Positions 1 to 11,014 of a stretch of 64,000 bases of DNA are shown piece after piece. The DNA is from Camelus dromedarius (taxonomy: Eukaryota). The number at the start of each line of letters is the position of its first letter. Positions within the stretch are counted from its first letter, which is position 1. Made by a program: the position numbers and the translations under genes. The stretch is from positions 12,958,001 to 13,022,000 of the forward strand of contig NC_087436.1 of assembly GCF_036321535.1 (NCBI RefSeq). The letters are read 5' to 3'. Under the pieces are notes generated by a model. The model was not told the DNA's origin. It saw only the letters and a program-made list of their open reading frames with translations, and made no database searches.

Positions 1-688
1 CTCCCTCTCTGCACCCATCTCCTCCTCTAGATGGTGGGTTCCTGGAGGAGGGGGACCACATCTCATGAAACTTGTGTCATCAGCACCCACCGGACTGTTG
101 GTGGTAACTAGCAGGGGCTTCATAAATATTTGCTCCCTTAATGAACTTAGTTGGGTAGTCTGGCTTCTAATTCCCCCAGCCCTTGAGAAAGAGCAAGTTA
201 AAAGAGAGCTTCCTGGTGTTGGGACCATAGCAGTGAGGAGGGACTTGATCATTTCACAACAGAGGAGTAAACAAAAGCTATTTTTTTTTTTTAAAAAAGA
301 GCATATAGAAGGGCAGAAATCTGGAGAACAAAGACCAATTACGTTATAAGTCAGAAATGAAGGTTCAGATTTAAAGGAAAGACTAAACTGTATTCATGTA
401 CTTAAGATTTCCAGAAGTGGGTGTCTCAAGAGGTCAACTGTCCAGATTTTCAAATATGATTTTAAGTAGTGACACTTATTATAGTGGTCTGTCTGGTATT
501 ATAATTTTCATTAGTTTTTAGTTTGATAGCATTCTCTTCCAGGAGAAAATATTACACCTTATAGTTCAGAGAGAGAAAATGGACTTTCGTAGGTTTGAGA
601 GAGACACATGTCCATATATTTTCTCATTTATGTTACTTGTAACCTTTTAAATCCTATAATGTGCTAATCTTTTGTGGCTAAGAAACAC

Positions 689-1319
689 TTTGATGTGTGT
701 GTTCTTTTTAATTTTTTAATTTTAAATTAAAAAAATTTTTAATCTATTTATTGAGGTATAGTCAATTTACAATGTTGTGTCAATTTCTGGTGTACAGCAT
801 AATGTTTCAGTCATACATATACATACGTATATTCATTTTCATATTCTTTTTCATTATAGGTTACCACAAGATATTGAATATAGTTCCCTGTGCTCTACAG
901 TATAAACTTGTTATTTATCTATTTTATATATAGTAGTTAGTATCTACAAATCTTGAGCTCCCAATTTATCCCTTCCCACCCTCTCCTCCCTGGTAACCAT
1001 AGGTTTGTTTTTTATGTCTGTGAATCTGTTTCTGTTTTGTAAATAAGTTTATTTTTCTTTTTTTTAGATTCCACATATAAGTGATATCATATGGTATTTG
1101 TCTTTCTCTTTCTGGTTTACTTCACGTAGAATGATGTTCTCCAGGTCCATCCATGTTGCTGCAAATGGCATTATTTCATTCTTTTTAATGGCTGAGTAGT
1201 ATTCTGTTGTGTAAATATCCCACAACTTCTTTATCCAGTCAATTGTTGATGGACGTTTAGGCTGTTTCCATGTCTTGGCTATTGTAAATAGTGTTGCTGT
1301 GAGCATTGGGGTGCATGTG
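689..1319 (-). mobile_element. L1 (LINE-1) 5'-truncated 3' end, camelid/artiodactyl type
   Basis: ORF 1064..1345 encodes the L1 ORF2 C-terminus ([19 protein letters not shown]...KEKDKYHMISLICGI). A 3' UTR and T-rich tail lie to the left. TAAGAAACAC is repeated at 679-688 and 1320-1329 (possible TSD). Confidence 0.93.
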
Positions 1320-1419
1320 TAAGAAACACCGTCTTGAACAGCCATTGGTACTTCTGTGACATATGGTGATAAGAGGGAGGAAAGACAGCAAGGTATGAGT
1401 CAAAGCTGTGTATAGATGT

Positions 1420-1590
1420 CTTCTTTGGGGTCTAGTCCCCATTCTGTCACAGAGTAAATGTGGGTCTCACCTAAGTCACTAAAATTCCATCAGTAGATGT
1501 TTCCTTATCTGCAAAGTGGAGCCAGTACAAACCTATAGCCTGGGACTGTTTTGCCAGTCAGATGAAATAATGTGTGTGAAAAGCATCTAA
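1420..1590 (+). mobile_element. MIR SINE fragment
   Basis: Degenerate MIR core (tttccttatctgcaaagtggag...gatgaaataatgtgtgtgaaaagca). Confidence 0.55.
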
Positions 1591-2854
1591 AAACAAGGAT
1601 CACTTACAGAGATGGTGGGAACCTATATCCCAAAATATCTTATATGTTAGAAGACAAGATCCAAGCCATTGCTGAAAGTGTTTAATTTTTTCCAGTCCCT
1701 TCTCTTCCTTCCTCCGATATTTCCCGTGACAATTTAGGAAGTCAGATGTTTCTTTGTTTATATAAAATGGCGCAGATCCAGCTGTTCTCATGAGCTGGCC
1801 CGGACCTCTCCCTAGCAGATTACTGAGTTTAAATGGTTGGTAAATTAATTAGAAGTTCTAAGGAGGAAATCAGATGTGATTAAATGAGCATCAGCAAAAA
1901 AAAGTAAGACCTGGTAAGTTTAACAGTGGCCGGGGCTTTGAAGACTTACGAAGAGTGTTTTCTACACTGGGCTTCTAACATGCTTGTAGGCAAACAGAAT
2001 GTTTATCTGTGTATCTCTCTTACTCGAAATTTCTGTCTTCACACAATTCTTTACCAGCTGCCGCTCATTAACATCTTTGGAGGCAAAGCCTGCAGAACAC
2101 ATTTCGACAAGGAATAGCTGGAAAGTCATGGTTCGGCATAAAAGCTGAAGTCAGCTATATTTCATTTATCAAATCAATGAGGCTTTGTCTTTAATCCCTT
2201 TAGCTCCAGGTCACAGGGTTAACTTGGCAGAATAATTTTAAACTGGAGCTCAGATGATTTTCTTCCTGAGAAACAACTGTATTATGAACTGGTGTCACTC
2301 AGTAACACCTTAGAGGACGCACATTATCCTTACATTTACCAAAAAGAAAAACATTCAGAACAGAACGAAATACCTGGGTTTGGGGACTGTTAGGGGAAAA
2401 GCCTAAAGCTTGAAGCTCTTTCTGGAGGGGAAGGTGGCCTGAAAGGGACATTGATGGGAAGGACTGGGGAAGAGCCTGGTTCCAACCTTGAAGCAGCAGC
2501 AATGGAGAGAGGTGTCTGGGAAGAACTTTGAAAAACTAAGACTGAGTAGGGGGCTGTCACGGGAAGTTTTACCCGCTTTTCAGTTTTGTCTGGTTGTTGT
2601 GTCCAGGGTGCCATAGAATCAAGATACATAAATGTTTGTCTGATGGTAATTAATGTAACTCAAATTACAAATGTAGTAGCTACCCAGTTCATATGCAGAA
2701 CTTAATTATTTTAAAGCCTTGATTTGTGTTTAATGGGTAGATTAGAGACTTATTCCTCTGATCAAAATCATTTCCTTTGGAAGACCTGAGCTTGTTATGG
2801 TGAGGGCATCAGGAGCCTCGAAAATATTTTTGTGTAGGTATGTCAGTGCTTTTT

Positions 2855-2976
2855 TATTTTAATTTTTTTCTTTTCCTTTTCTTTTTTTAATTGATGTATA
2901 GTCAGTTTACAACATTGTGTCAATTTCTGGTATACAGCATAATGTTTCAGCCATACATACACATACACATATTCCT
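2855..2976 (-). mobile_element. L1 extreme 3' terminus
   Basis: ttgatgtatagtcagtttacaacattgtgtcaatttctggtatacagcat matches the L1 3' terminus at ~750-830. T-rich tail on the left. Confidence 0.85.
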
Positions 2977-2987
2977 TTATTAAAAAG

Positions 2988-3079
2988 TTTTTTTTTTTTA
3001 ATGAAGGTACTGGGGATTGAACCTGGGACCTCATGCATGCTAAGCATGCTCTCTACCACTGAGCTATATCCGTCCCCCA
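2988..3079 (-). mobile_element. tRNA-derived camelid SINE
   Basis: Reverse complement reads GGGGGACGGATATAGCTCAGTGGTAGAG...CCCAGGTTCAATCCCCAGTACC plus an A tail; Pol III A/B-box-like motifs. Confidence 0.9.
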
Positions 3080-3194
3080 TTATCAATGCTTTTTGAACCA
3101 TGAGAATATATAGAATTATTATACCGTATGAAAACAACTATTGTTTCTACTTAATCTATCATGCTCATCATTTATATTCATCCAAATCATTTAT

Positions 3195-3382
3195 TTTTTA
3201 AAAAATTGTAATGGAGATTTTATTTATTTATTTGTGGGTTTTTTTTTTTTTTTGAGGAGGAAGTAATTAGGTGTACTTATTTCTTCTTCTTCTTTTTTTA
3301 TTTAACAGAAGTACTGCGGCTCCAACCCATGACCTCATGCATGCTAAGCATGTGCTCTACTACTGAGCTATATCCTTCCCCC
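3195..3382 (-). mobile_element. tRNA-derived camelid SINE (long-tail form)
   Basis: Same SINE head (...tactgagctatatccttcccc) with the taattagg tail motif and T-rich tail. Confidence 0.85.
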
Positions 3383-3559
3383 ATCTAATAATTTAATCTG
3401 TTTAGTGTATGAAAGCCAAGAACTGTATTAATGTTTGTTACATGAATACTTTTATAAATAAGCATTTGTTTAGCATTCATGAAATTTAATCTGCTCTGGA
3501 TCTACAATAGTGGTATTCCCTTTTTATAAAGCCAGATAAAAACTAGCACAAAATAGTAT

Positions 3560-3999
3560 TGCTGGTGATAAGACCAGTTCAGGTGCTCTGAGAAGCGGGC
3601 TCTATAATGGAGTTGATCAGACAAAAGATTCACTGGGAGACAGACCTATAAACGATACGGGGCGGGCGAGGGAGCAGGAGCAGGTGGGAGGAGACTCCAG
3701 CGGTGATGGAGGACTGGTAGCTGGGAAGGGAGAGAGGGAAGGACGGAGGATTGGATGGGAAGAGGCGCAGACTGAATACAGCTCTGAAAGAGTCGTGGCT
3801 GGAAAATGGGGGTACCCCAAAGCAAAGGCTGCCCAGGAGAAGAGTCCCCAGTCACCGGCTGGGAGCGGCCTGAGAGGGGCGTGGCCTGGCTAGGGTCCGA
3901 GGCGCAGCCTGGGTGGCCTGGGTGGCCTGGGTGGCGGCAGCCAGGCCGGGGCTCTTAGATAACTCCGCGTCTCCGGGCAGCCTCCCTCAGGCTGCCACA
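3560..3999 (-). mobile_element. ERVL-class solo LTR (LTR16-like)
   Basis: Resembles LTR16-type consensus (gggaaggacggaggattgg...cagactg...agctctga...agcaaaggctgccc...gagtccc). Ends gctgccaca, which is a TG start on the minus strand. Contains (GCCTGGGTG)3 at ~3908-3935. Confidence 0.65.
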
Positions 4000-5109
4000 A
4001 TTATGCAGTGTTCTCAACAATTTCACTAATCATCAAACTTTAAAATTGGCATTCTAAACATTTATTCATGTAAATATTACTACTAGTATTTGCAGATCGT
4101 TAAAAGTACCCTGGAGTCAGGCGGAATTCAGAATAGCCAACATGAAATTGTATTCCCTCAGAGCCAATTGTATTTTATTTGAAGATTTACAACCATTATG
4201 ACATTTTAATATTTATTATGGTTTGTATCTGGGCTCTAGAAAGAAGTTCCAGTTTTCTTTCATTGCTTTCTCTAATTCTAAATATAATACATGCTCATTT
4301 CACAGAATGAGAAATACAAAAAAGCTTGGAAAAAGGAAATAAAAAGCATCCTGAATCTCACCACCTGAAAGTTAACTTTTGTGGTGTCTCCTTTGTGATT
4401 TTAAAAAGTGCGTATGTGTAACTGGCATCGTTAGTTGTTGTCCGCAAATATCCACTGAATTACTGGGGTGGGCTGTGTCCTGTGAGAAACCTTCAGCCCC
4501 AACCCAGATGCATCTCAGCTGTGAGAGGGTGGCAGTGGCCTGACAAGTCCACTGGTGCCTGGGCTCGTGGGCGAGCTCATGCTGAGAGAAGACAGACCTG
4601 ACCAAGATGAGCTTGTCCTATTCAGAAAGTCCCAGCCTGCTTCAGGAGGGTGGGACTCCCTTGATAGGTGTCTGCCGGTCCCGGAGACACGGAACTCATG
4701 TTTGGGCCCACAGAGACCTGTTTCAAAAACGCTTTGGCTGAAGAGTGTGGCTTTGAGGTCTGATCAAATGTCCCTAAACAGACGGTGGCAACCTGTCTTG
4801 TGTCACCGTAGGATAGTGTCGGTGGAGCAGTTGCAGGGCCCACGGAGACACGATGGTACTTGGAGGGTGCCCAGTGGACCGAGGAAGTGTTCAGTCAGTG
4901 CCCAGAGGATCGCTGAAAGTGCTTAGCCGGAGCAGGAGTATTTGGAAACACACAGGGGTGGAGGGAGATTGATTGACTGTGTAGTTAATGGAGATAATAC
5001 ACAATCTTTTATTCTATTTTTCAGTTAACCTTACAGGGAATGGGTGTTCCAATCATTAAATTTTCCATGAAAACATGATTTTTATAGCTTTTTTAAACAA
5101 CAAAGGGCT

Positions 5110-5266
5110 ACTTTTAATTTTTTTAATTTAAAAAAGTTGTTATTATTTTTTGAGGGAGAGGGTAATTAGGTTTATTTATTTACTCTTTTAATGGAGGTAG
5201 TAGGGATTGAACCCAGGACCTTGTGCGTGCTAAGCACTAGGTCTACCACTGAGCTATACCCTCCAC
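5110..5266 (-). mobile_element. tRNA-derived camelid SINE
   Basis: gggattgaacccaggaccttgtgcgtgctaagc...taccactgagctataccctcc with the taattagg tail. Confidence 0.9.
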
Positions 5267-6914
5267 CTGTTCTTTTTTTTCTTTTCGGTATATCCTTTGC
5301 CTTTTCATTTTATTTGCAATACTCGTTTAATATATAGAAGTTTAAAGTTTCTTTTCTTTTTTTTCTTTTTTTTTGGTGTATGTGGTCAGATCTTTCTCTC
5401 TTTTGAGACTTGGATCTGGCATCCCTGGATGAAAAAAAAAATGGTTTAAAGTACTTGGAATAAAATCAAGTTGGAGTCTCAAATTAAACCACATGCTGAA
5501 ATCAGTTCCAGCTGGAATAAGGAATTAAATATGAAAAGAGCCATACAATTCTGTTTGTTGTAAACAAGGATTTGTTGGTCTCCATCCTGGTCTGGTTTGT
5601 TGATGTTTAAGGTAATCCTGACAGCTCACAGTGGGAGGGTGGTTTGAAGTGTGCAGGTCCGTCTTTGACTGGGGTTGAATGCCTGACCCGAGGGGTCTGC
5701 TGGCCAGAGGGGTGTCTCCAGCTCCCGTCGCAGGATCCTGAGTTAGTGCTGCAGGAAATTGTTTCTGAAAACTTTGAAGCAGCCTCTAACCCTTCTTTTG
5801 CTAGAAAAGGTGGACAAAAGGTCTTTGTGATTTCCAAAATATAACCCTCTTGGGGTCATTTTTGATTTCACAACCCCCACCTTTCCTCATCTAGGATGCC
5901 CTGTGGCCCCGTGCGTGTTGCATTACCAGGCAGTGCCCCAAAGCCTCAGTCCTGGGAGGCCCTATTAAATACAAAAGGCAGTTCCTTCAGGGGTTCTGGC
6001 TTGATGCAGACTTCTCAGATTTGCCCCCACCCCCCCGTTTTTGTGTGCAAGGGCTGCAGGTTTGGCTGCATCTGAGGAGCCGGCTCCTGTCTCTTAGCTT
6101 TCATTGCCCTGGGCTTCAGCTCAGAGCTCACTGTGACATAAGCAATCATTATGCTTGTTGTGGTCAGCTCCCCCCTTCCCGCCCCCCACACCCTTTCTGT
6201 TTGAACTGTTGCCTAAGGGACTTTCAGAATCCCGAGTCTTCCATACTACTTGAAGTGGGAGTGCTTCCCCGTGTCCTTTCAGATGATTTTAAAACTGCTG
6301 TCCTGGGGATGGTGCTTTTATGATCAGCAAATAAAAGGACCTCCAGCTGCCTGGATCCATCATACTCATATTTGTAATAAGTAACAAATACTGTTTCTTT
6401 TTCTTGTAACAGTTTTTCCTGGCACGCGTGTGTCGATCCTGTTTCGTTTCAGAATCGATTCAGGGTTATTTGGATGCACTTAGATTTTTCCCTTCTGAGA
6501 TATGTGAAATGAAACCCAACTTCTGATTCTTTCAGCTTTTGTAGAGCTCGTTTCGGTTCTTGACAAGTTAATATTTGTTAGAAATTGGGTTCTGGTGTTA
6601 AAAAAAATAAGATATATATCTAAGATAATTTTATTAAATTATATAGCACTATTTTGATGTTGTATCTATGGATAAAGGTAATTAAATAAATGTTACTTTC
6701 CTATGGGTTAACAAAATATAAATTGGGTTCTGCTTTCTATTAAATATGTAAACAAAAGATGTTTGTATTCTTTCTCTTCCTGGTAGCGATTGTGCTAAAC
6801 CATAGTGTCCAGCTATATAGTAAGAGATATGTATTAACATGAGCACAAAAGCCGTGATGACAGTTGGCGTGGTCGATTTTGTGTCGTGCTGTGCATGTCA
6901 CAAGTACTGGATTG

Positions 6915-7545
6915 CTGCACTGGTACTACGGCCACGTTGTTCTTGAGTCCTTTGGGCAGCGATAGGAATGGCTGGGGACAGAGGCTGATTGGTGTCCACA
7001 TACAGGTCAGTCCCATCCATTGATTATTAAAGTCCTCCTCTTCTGAGATAACCCTTCGGTGAGCATCCACGTGGGCACAAATGTCTCTGTTTTCAGGCAC
7101 ATTTGGGGAGGTCTAGCCACATGCTTCCATGGATCTCCTTACTAGTTTTCTTGTCACGTTCATTCCAAGTTCCTGACCATCCAGCCAAACCATTGGCGAC
7201 AGTCCTTGAAGCCGTACAGAAACCGTATCTCTGGCCACTTCTCCTTACAAGCAAAATGAACGACTAGAGGCACTACTTGAAATTCTGCCCACTGGGAGGA
7301 TTTTCCCTTCACCACTTGGCTGTCCCCAAAAAGGGCCATGGTGCCACAACCCTTCCACTCCTGGGTGGTGCCTGCAGAGCACACAGAGGCATCTGTAAGA
7401 CAGGCCTGAGTTTTCTCTTCCTGAGTCAGAGATTGAATGGAACCGCCCAGGTCGCAGGGGCTGGGACAGGGGAGGTGACAAACAGGAGTGGGGGTGGGGG
7501 CCATGGGCTTTTGGGGCACTTCCTCATGCCAGTTACTTGTGTTAA
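6915..7545 (-). mobile_element. ERV-L pol remnant (RNase H to start of integrase), frameshifted
   Basis: ORF 7160..7747 contains EEKTQACLTDASVCSAGTTQEW and GKSSQWAEFQVVPLVVHFACKEKWPEIR. ORF 6834..7100 contains HVDAHRRVISEEEDFNNQ. These match ERV-L pol RNase H motifs (WFTDGSA, GKSSQWAEL, HVNAH). Confidence 0.88.
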
Positions 7546-7566
7546 GTTCCATTTTGATTCTGTCTA

Positions 7567-8097
7567 TGTTACCATGGGGAGGCAAGAAAATAACCTCGAT
7601 TCTTTGTCTTAACCAAGAAAAGGAATCTAAACAGAAGACTGAAAATGTGATATAAACAAAGGATTTTATTAGTAGAGCAAAAGTCAGTATATTACACCTT
7701 CGAGAACTGAAGGTGGGCCAACCCAAGAGAGGAACAAATGGCTCCACTTCTATGTCCCTTTTGTCTTACATCCTTGCTTTAGGGGCGTTCTTTGATTGAT
7801 TGATAGCTCTGGTCCCTTGAATGCTTAGGCATGCCCATCCCCCTTGCGCGTGGTCGTACCCAGGATGCACATAGAAAAACCTCTTGTGTGTGTGGGGGGG
7901 CCAGGTGGGGGGGTGCTAAGCCACATGCTAATTATATTCCAATGAGCAGTGGGTCATATACGGTTAGGTCCTTGCTGCTGCCTCACAGTTTAGGCTGTCG
8001 CATCCTAACCGGCTTCTTGCTGGCTCTCATTTAGAGGTAGAGCCCCTTTATGCTAGCGCTGGTCATAGTGCCATCTTCTGGACCAGCCTCCGTCTCC
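7567..8097 (-). mobile_element. ERV1-like solo LTR
   Basis: About 530 bp, starting TGTTACC on + and ending ...cagcctccgtctc. AATAAA on the minus strand (tttatt ~7665). Near-match 4-bp flanks tcta/tcca. Confidence 0.6.
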
Positions 8098-8756
8098 TCC
8101 ACCCTATCTGCCTGGTACCCCCACTTATCTAACCACCTAGCAGTTACAAATACTGTGCAGAGGCGAATAAAAATAAACAGTGATGATCACAAAATCAAAG
8201 GCAATCAAGTTGTTGTAAGGAGAATGTTCAATATTGCCATTTGTTTAATAGCAAGTTGAAGTCTGAAAATTCCACTTATTATTTTAACAATATAAAAAGC
8301 CTCATTGATACACATTTTCATCTTTTCACTTGTGGATTAAAGGCTTAGGAAGAAATAAAGGTAATTTTAAACAATTTTATTCTCACATTTTTTTTAAACT
8401 TATTTATTACCTGTGGAATGGAGATATGGGGGGAAAATCAAGATTAATTTAGAAAAGATAATTTAATTAAAAATATGAATCATGACATTTAAATAACAAT
8501 ATTAATAAAAAATTTTCAGTTTTGAGATGACAAATGACAAATTATGTCATGCATGTATTTGCAAAATTCCATCCCCTTCCCCAACCAGGGTGTGCAGGGA
8601 CAGGAGGAGATAGAAAGGCAGAAGCAACAAACAAAAACAAAAAAACAAACATTGAACAAAAGTTAAAAAAAAGGAGAATTGGAGAGTCTAAATTATAAGC
8701 ATATTACCAAAAAATGTACATGTGAATACAGAACAATAAAAAGAGCTTTCAGGAGA

Positions 8757-8789
<33 letters not shown>

Positions 8790-9909
8790 TTTGAGAATGA
8801 AAAAAAAAAAAGGCAGAGGTACCATTTCTTAAATTTACTTTTTATTTTCCCTGTTCCTTCATCAAGATTGGTGGATCCCTGGGAGCATCTCGCGCCCCCG
8901 TGCAGTCGATAAATGCATATAAACGTGATTCTTCCCTCGTGGAGTTTCTGGTCCAGGGAAGAGGCCCACACAGGTGGAAGTTAAATTTAAATTTCAGGAA
9001 GCATTATGTGTTCTATGGCCATATGAGAGTCTATATTGGAGGTTAGTGAATACAGGCAAGTCTTGCTCCAGAAAGTATTGTTTTTGGAGCTGAAATCTGA
9101 AGGGTGAGCAGAAATTCACTAGGCAGAAGATTTAGAGAGACTGGCTCAGCGGGAGGGGATGGGGCAGAATAGAGGTCTTCGGGGCAGGAGCCCGGAGATC
9201 TGGGCACCCGGGTAAGAATCTGTGACCTTGTTATAAGAAATATTTAAGCAAGGGGTCACTTGGAGGTGGGGGCAAGACTGACTCAGTGAGATAAGTTAGC
9301 AGGAATGTCCTGAAACTCCATCTTGTTAGGAACAAAAAGTAGTTTGTGATTCAGCAGGGAAAATCCAGATCAGTTCAAAAATCAATTTTCAAAACGGCAA
9401 AGTCCCCCAAAGATACGTAGTGTTCATAATTCGTAGCTGAAGCTTTTATTGAGATTATTGTAGATGCACATGTGATGGCAGTCGTACAAGCCGCCCTGGG
9501 GAGGAACACCGATATGTGCGGCATTGACTCAGCCTCCTCCAATGGTAACGTTGCCAGACTGTAACACAATATCACAAGCAGGGCATCGACAGGGAGGTAA
9601 TCCATTTATTTAGATGTCCCTAATCTTGTACTCACCGTGTGTGTTTAGTTCAACATGATTTTGTCGCGTGTATCACACGTGTCGGTTTGCATATCCACCA
9701 CCACAGCCAAAAAATTGTGGATGAAAGAAAAACTTAACCCTCCAATTTGAAATAGTTGATAACAGATTATATGGGAAGCTGTCGAAGAGGAAATGTAACC
9801 AGTTTATTTGGCTTTTTTTCACTAGCCAGTAATTCCCTTTGCTTTCGAAATCTGGTCATTTCAAAATGTCTTTGGGAGGCAGCAGCGAGGGTCCCCTTTA
9901 TGTCACTGC

Positions 9910-10110
9910 AGGATGGCAGAGTGGGGAACGTGGTGCCTGGAACCAGACCGCCTGGGCACAGGTTCCAGCTCTGTGCCCTGCTCTCTGTATGACCTCAAGC
10001 AGGAGACTCAGCCTCTCTGGGGCTCAGCTCCTTCATCTACAAAAAAGGAGTAAACACAGGACCTACCTCCAAAGTTGTTCTGAGGATTAAACAGCACATT
10101 GTGTAAGTGA
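9910..10110 (+). mobile_element. MIR SINE
   Basis: ggaaccagaccgcctggg...ttccagctctg...tgacctcaagcagg...cctctctggggctcagctccttcatctacaaaa...gttgttctgaggattaaa. Confidence 0.8.
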
Positions 10111-11014
10111 GAACTACGCTTGTTATCTGTTTAGAGTTCATTCCTGCAAGATTGGCATCTATCTGTCAGGGTAAGTTCCAGAAGCAGATTCTGGGACTTG
10201 CCTTCTTCACCCTGTGTAAAGCAAGAAATTCTCTTGACAGAGGTTTCGTGATAACTGTTGTGTGTTTAACTTTCGGTGTGAATCCAAGTGTGTTGCTCTG
10301 CATTTGTCTCCCGGGGATGTACTGACCCTGATAAAATATTTCAATTTCAGAGCTGTGATGACAGCTTTAAAGATAATCTCTTTAATTTTTGAATGTTTAA
10401 TGTCATTGATTATGGATTAGACTGTTAGATCATTCTATTTCCTGAGAAATCTGAAGATTTAAGAGCTGATACCATGTGTCTGACATGGGAGAGTTAGACT
10501 GATTATTGGAAAAGAAGGTGCAGTGTTATTTCTGGTTGGGAAATGGAGATGAGATTGTAAGAAAATTTATCTAAGGAATATTTGCATTCTTTATTAATTT
10601 AGTAATGAATCTCTTTTGCTGATTTTACCCTGAGGATTTTGCAGTCTTTGTTCAGGGATAGATGGATGCCTTTTATTTTTTAATTTTCTTTTTCTTAAAT
10701 TTAGGATTCTACAGTCAGTTTTCTTGTTCTGCTTATGGGACATGGACAAATTCAAACAGAAGGGCAGGTGACCTGTGCTTTCGTTGTAGGAGGAGTTGCA
10801 CTTAGAACAATCAGCTATTTGAGGCTGGCCCGGGCATCCAGGGAGGAACATGAAGAATGAATTATATATATAAAAAAAAAAAACAAAAAACAAAAAACCA
10901 ACCTTAACCTGTTTTCCTTTCTTACTTGTTAAATTGCCTCCTATCCCAAATACCCTGGAGGAATGGAATTCCTGTTTACAGGGGGTAGGCTTTCTCTCAG
11001 CAGGAAGACAGGAG

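Noticed and set aside
7160..7747. 195-aa ORF
   Set aside because: Chance fusion of LTR sequence and frameshifted ERV-L pol; catalytic motifs are degraded.
8888..8906. CTCF-like GGGGGCGC core on the minus strand
   Set aside because: Mismatches at strongly conserved core positions; insufficient without data.
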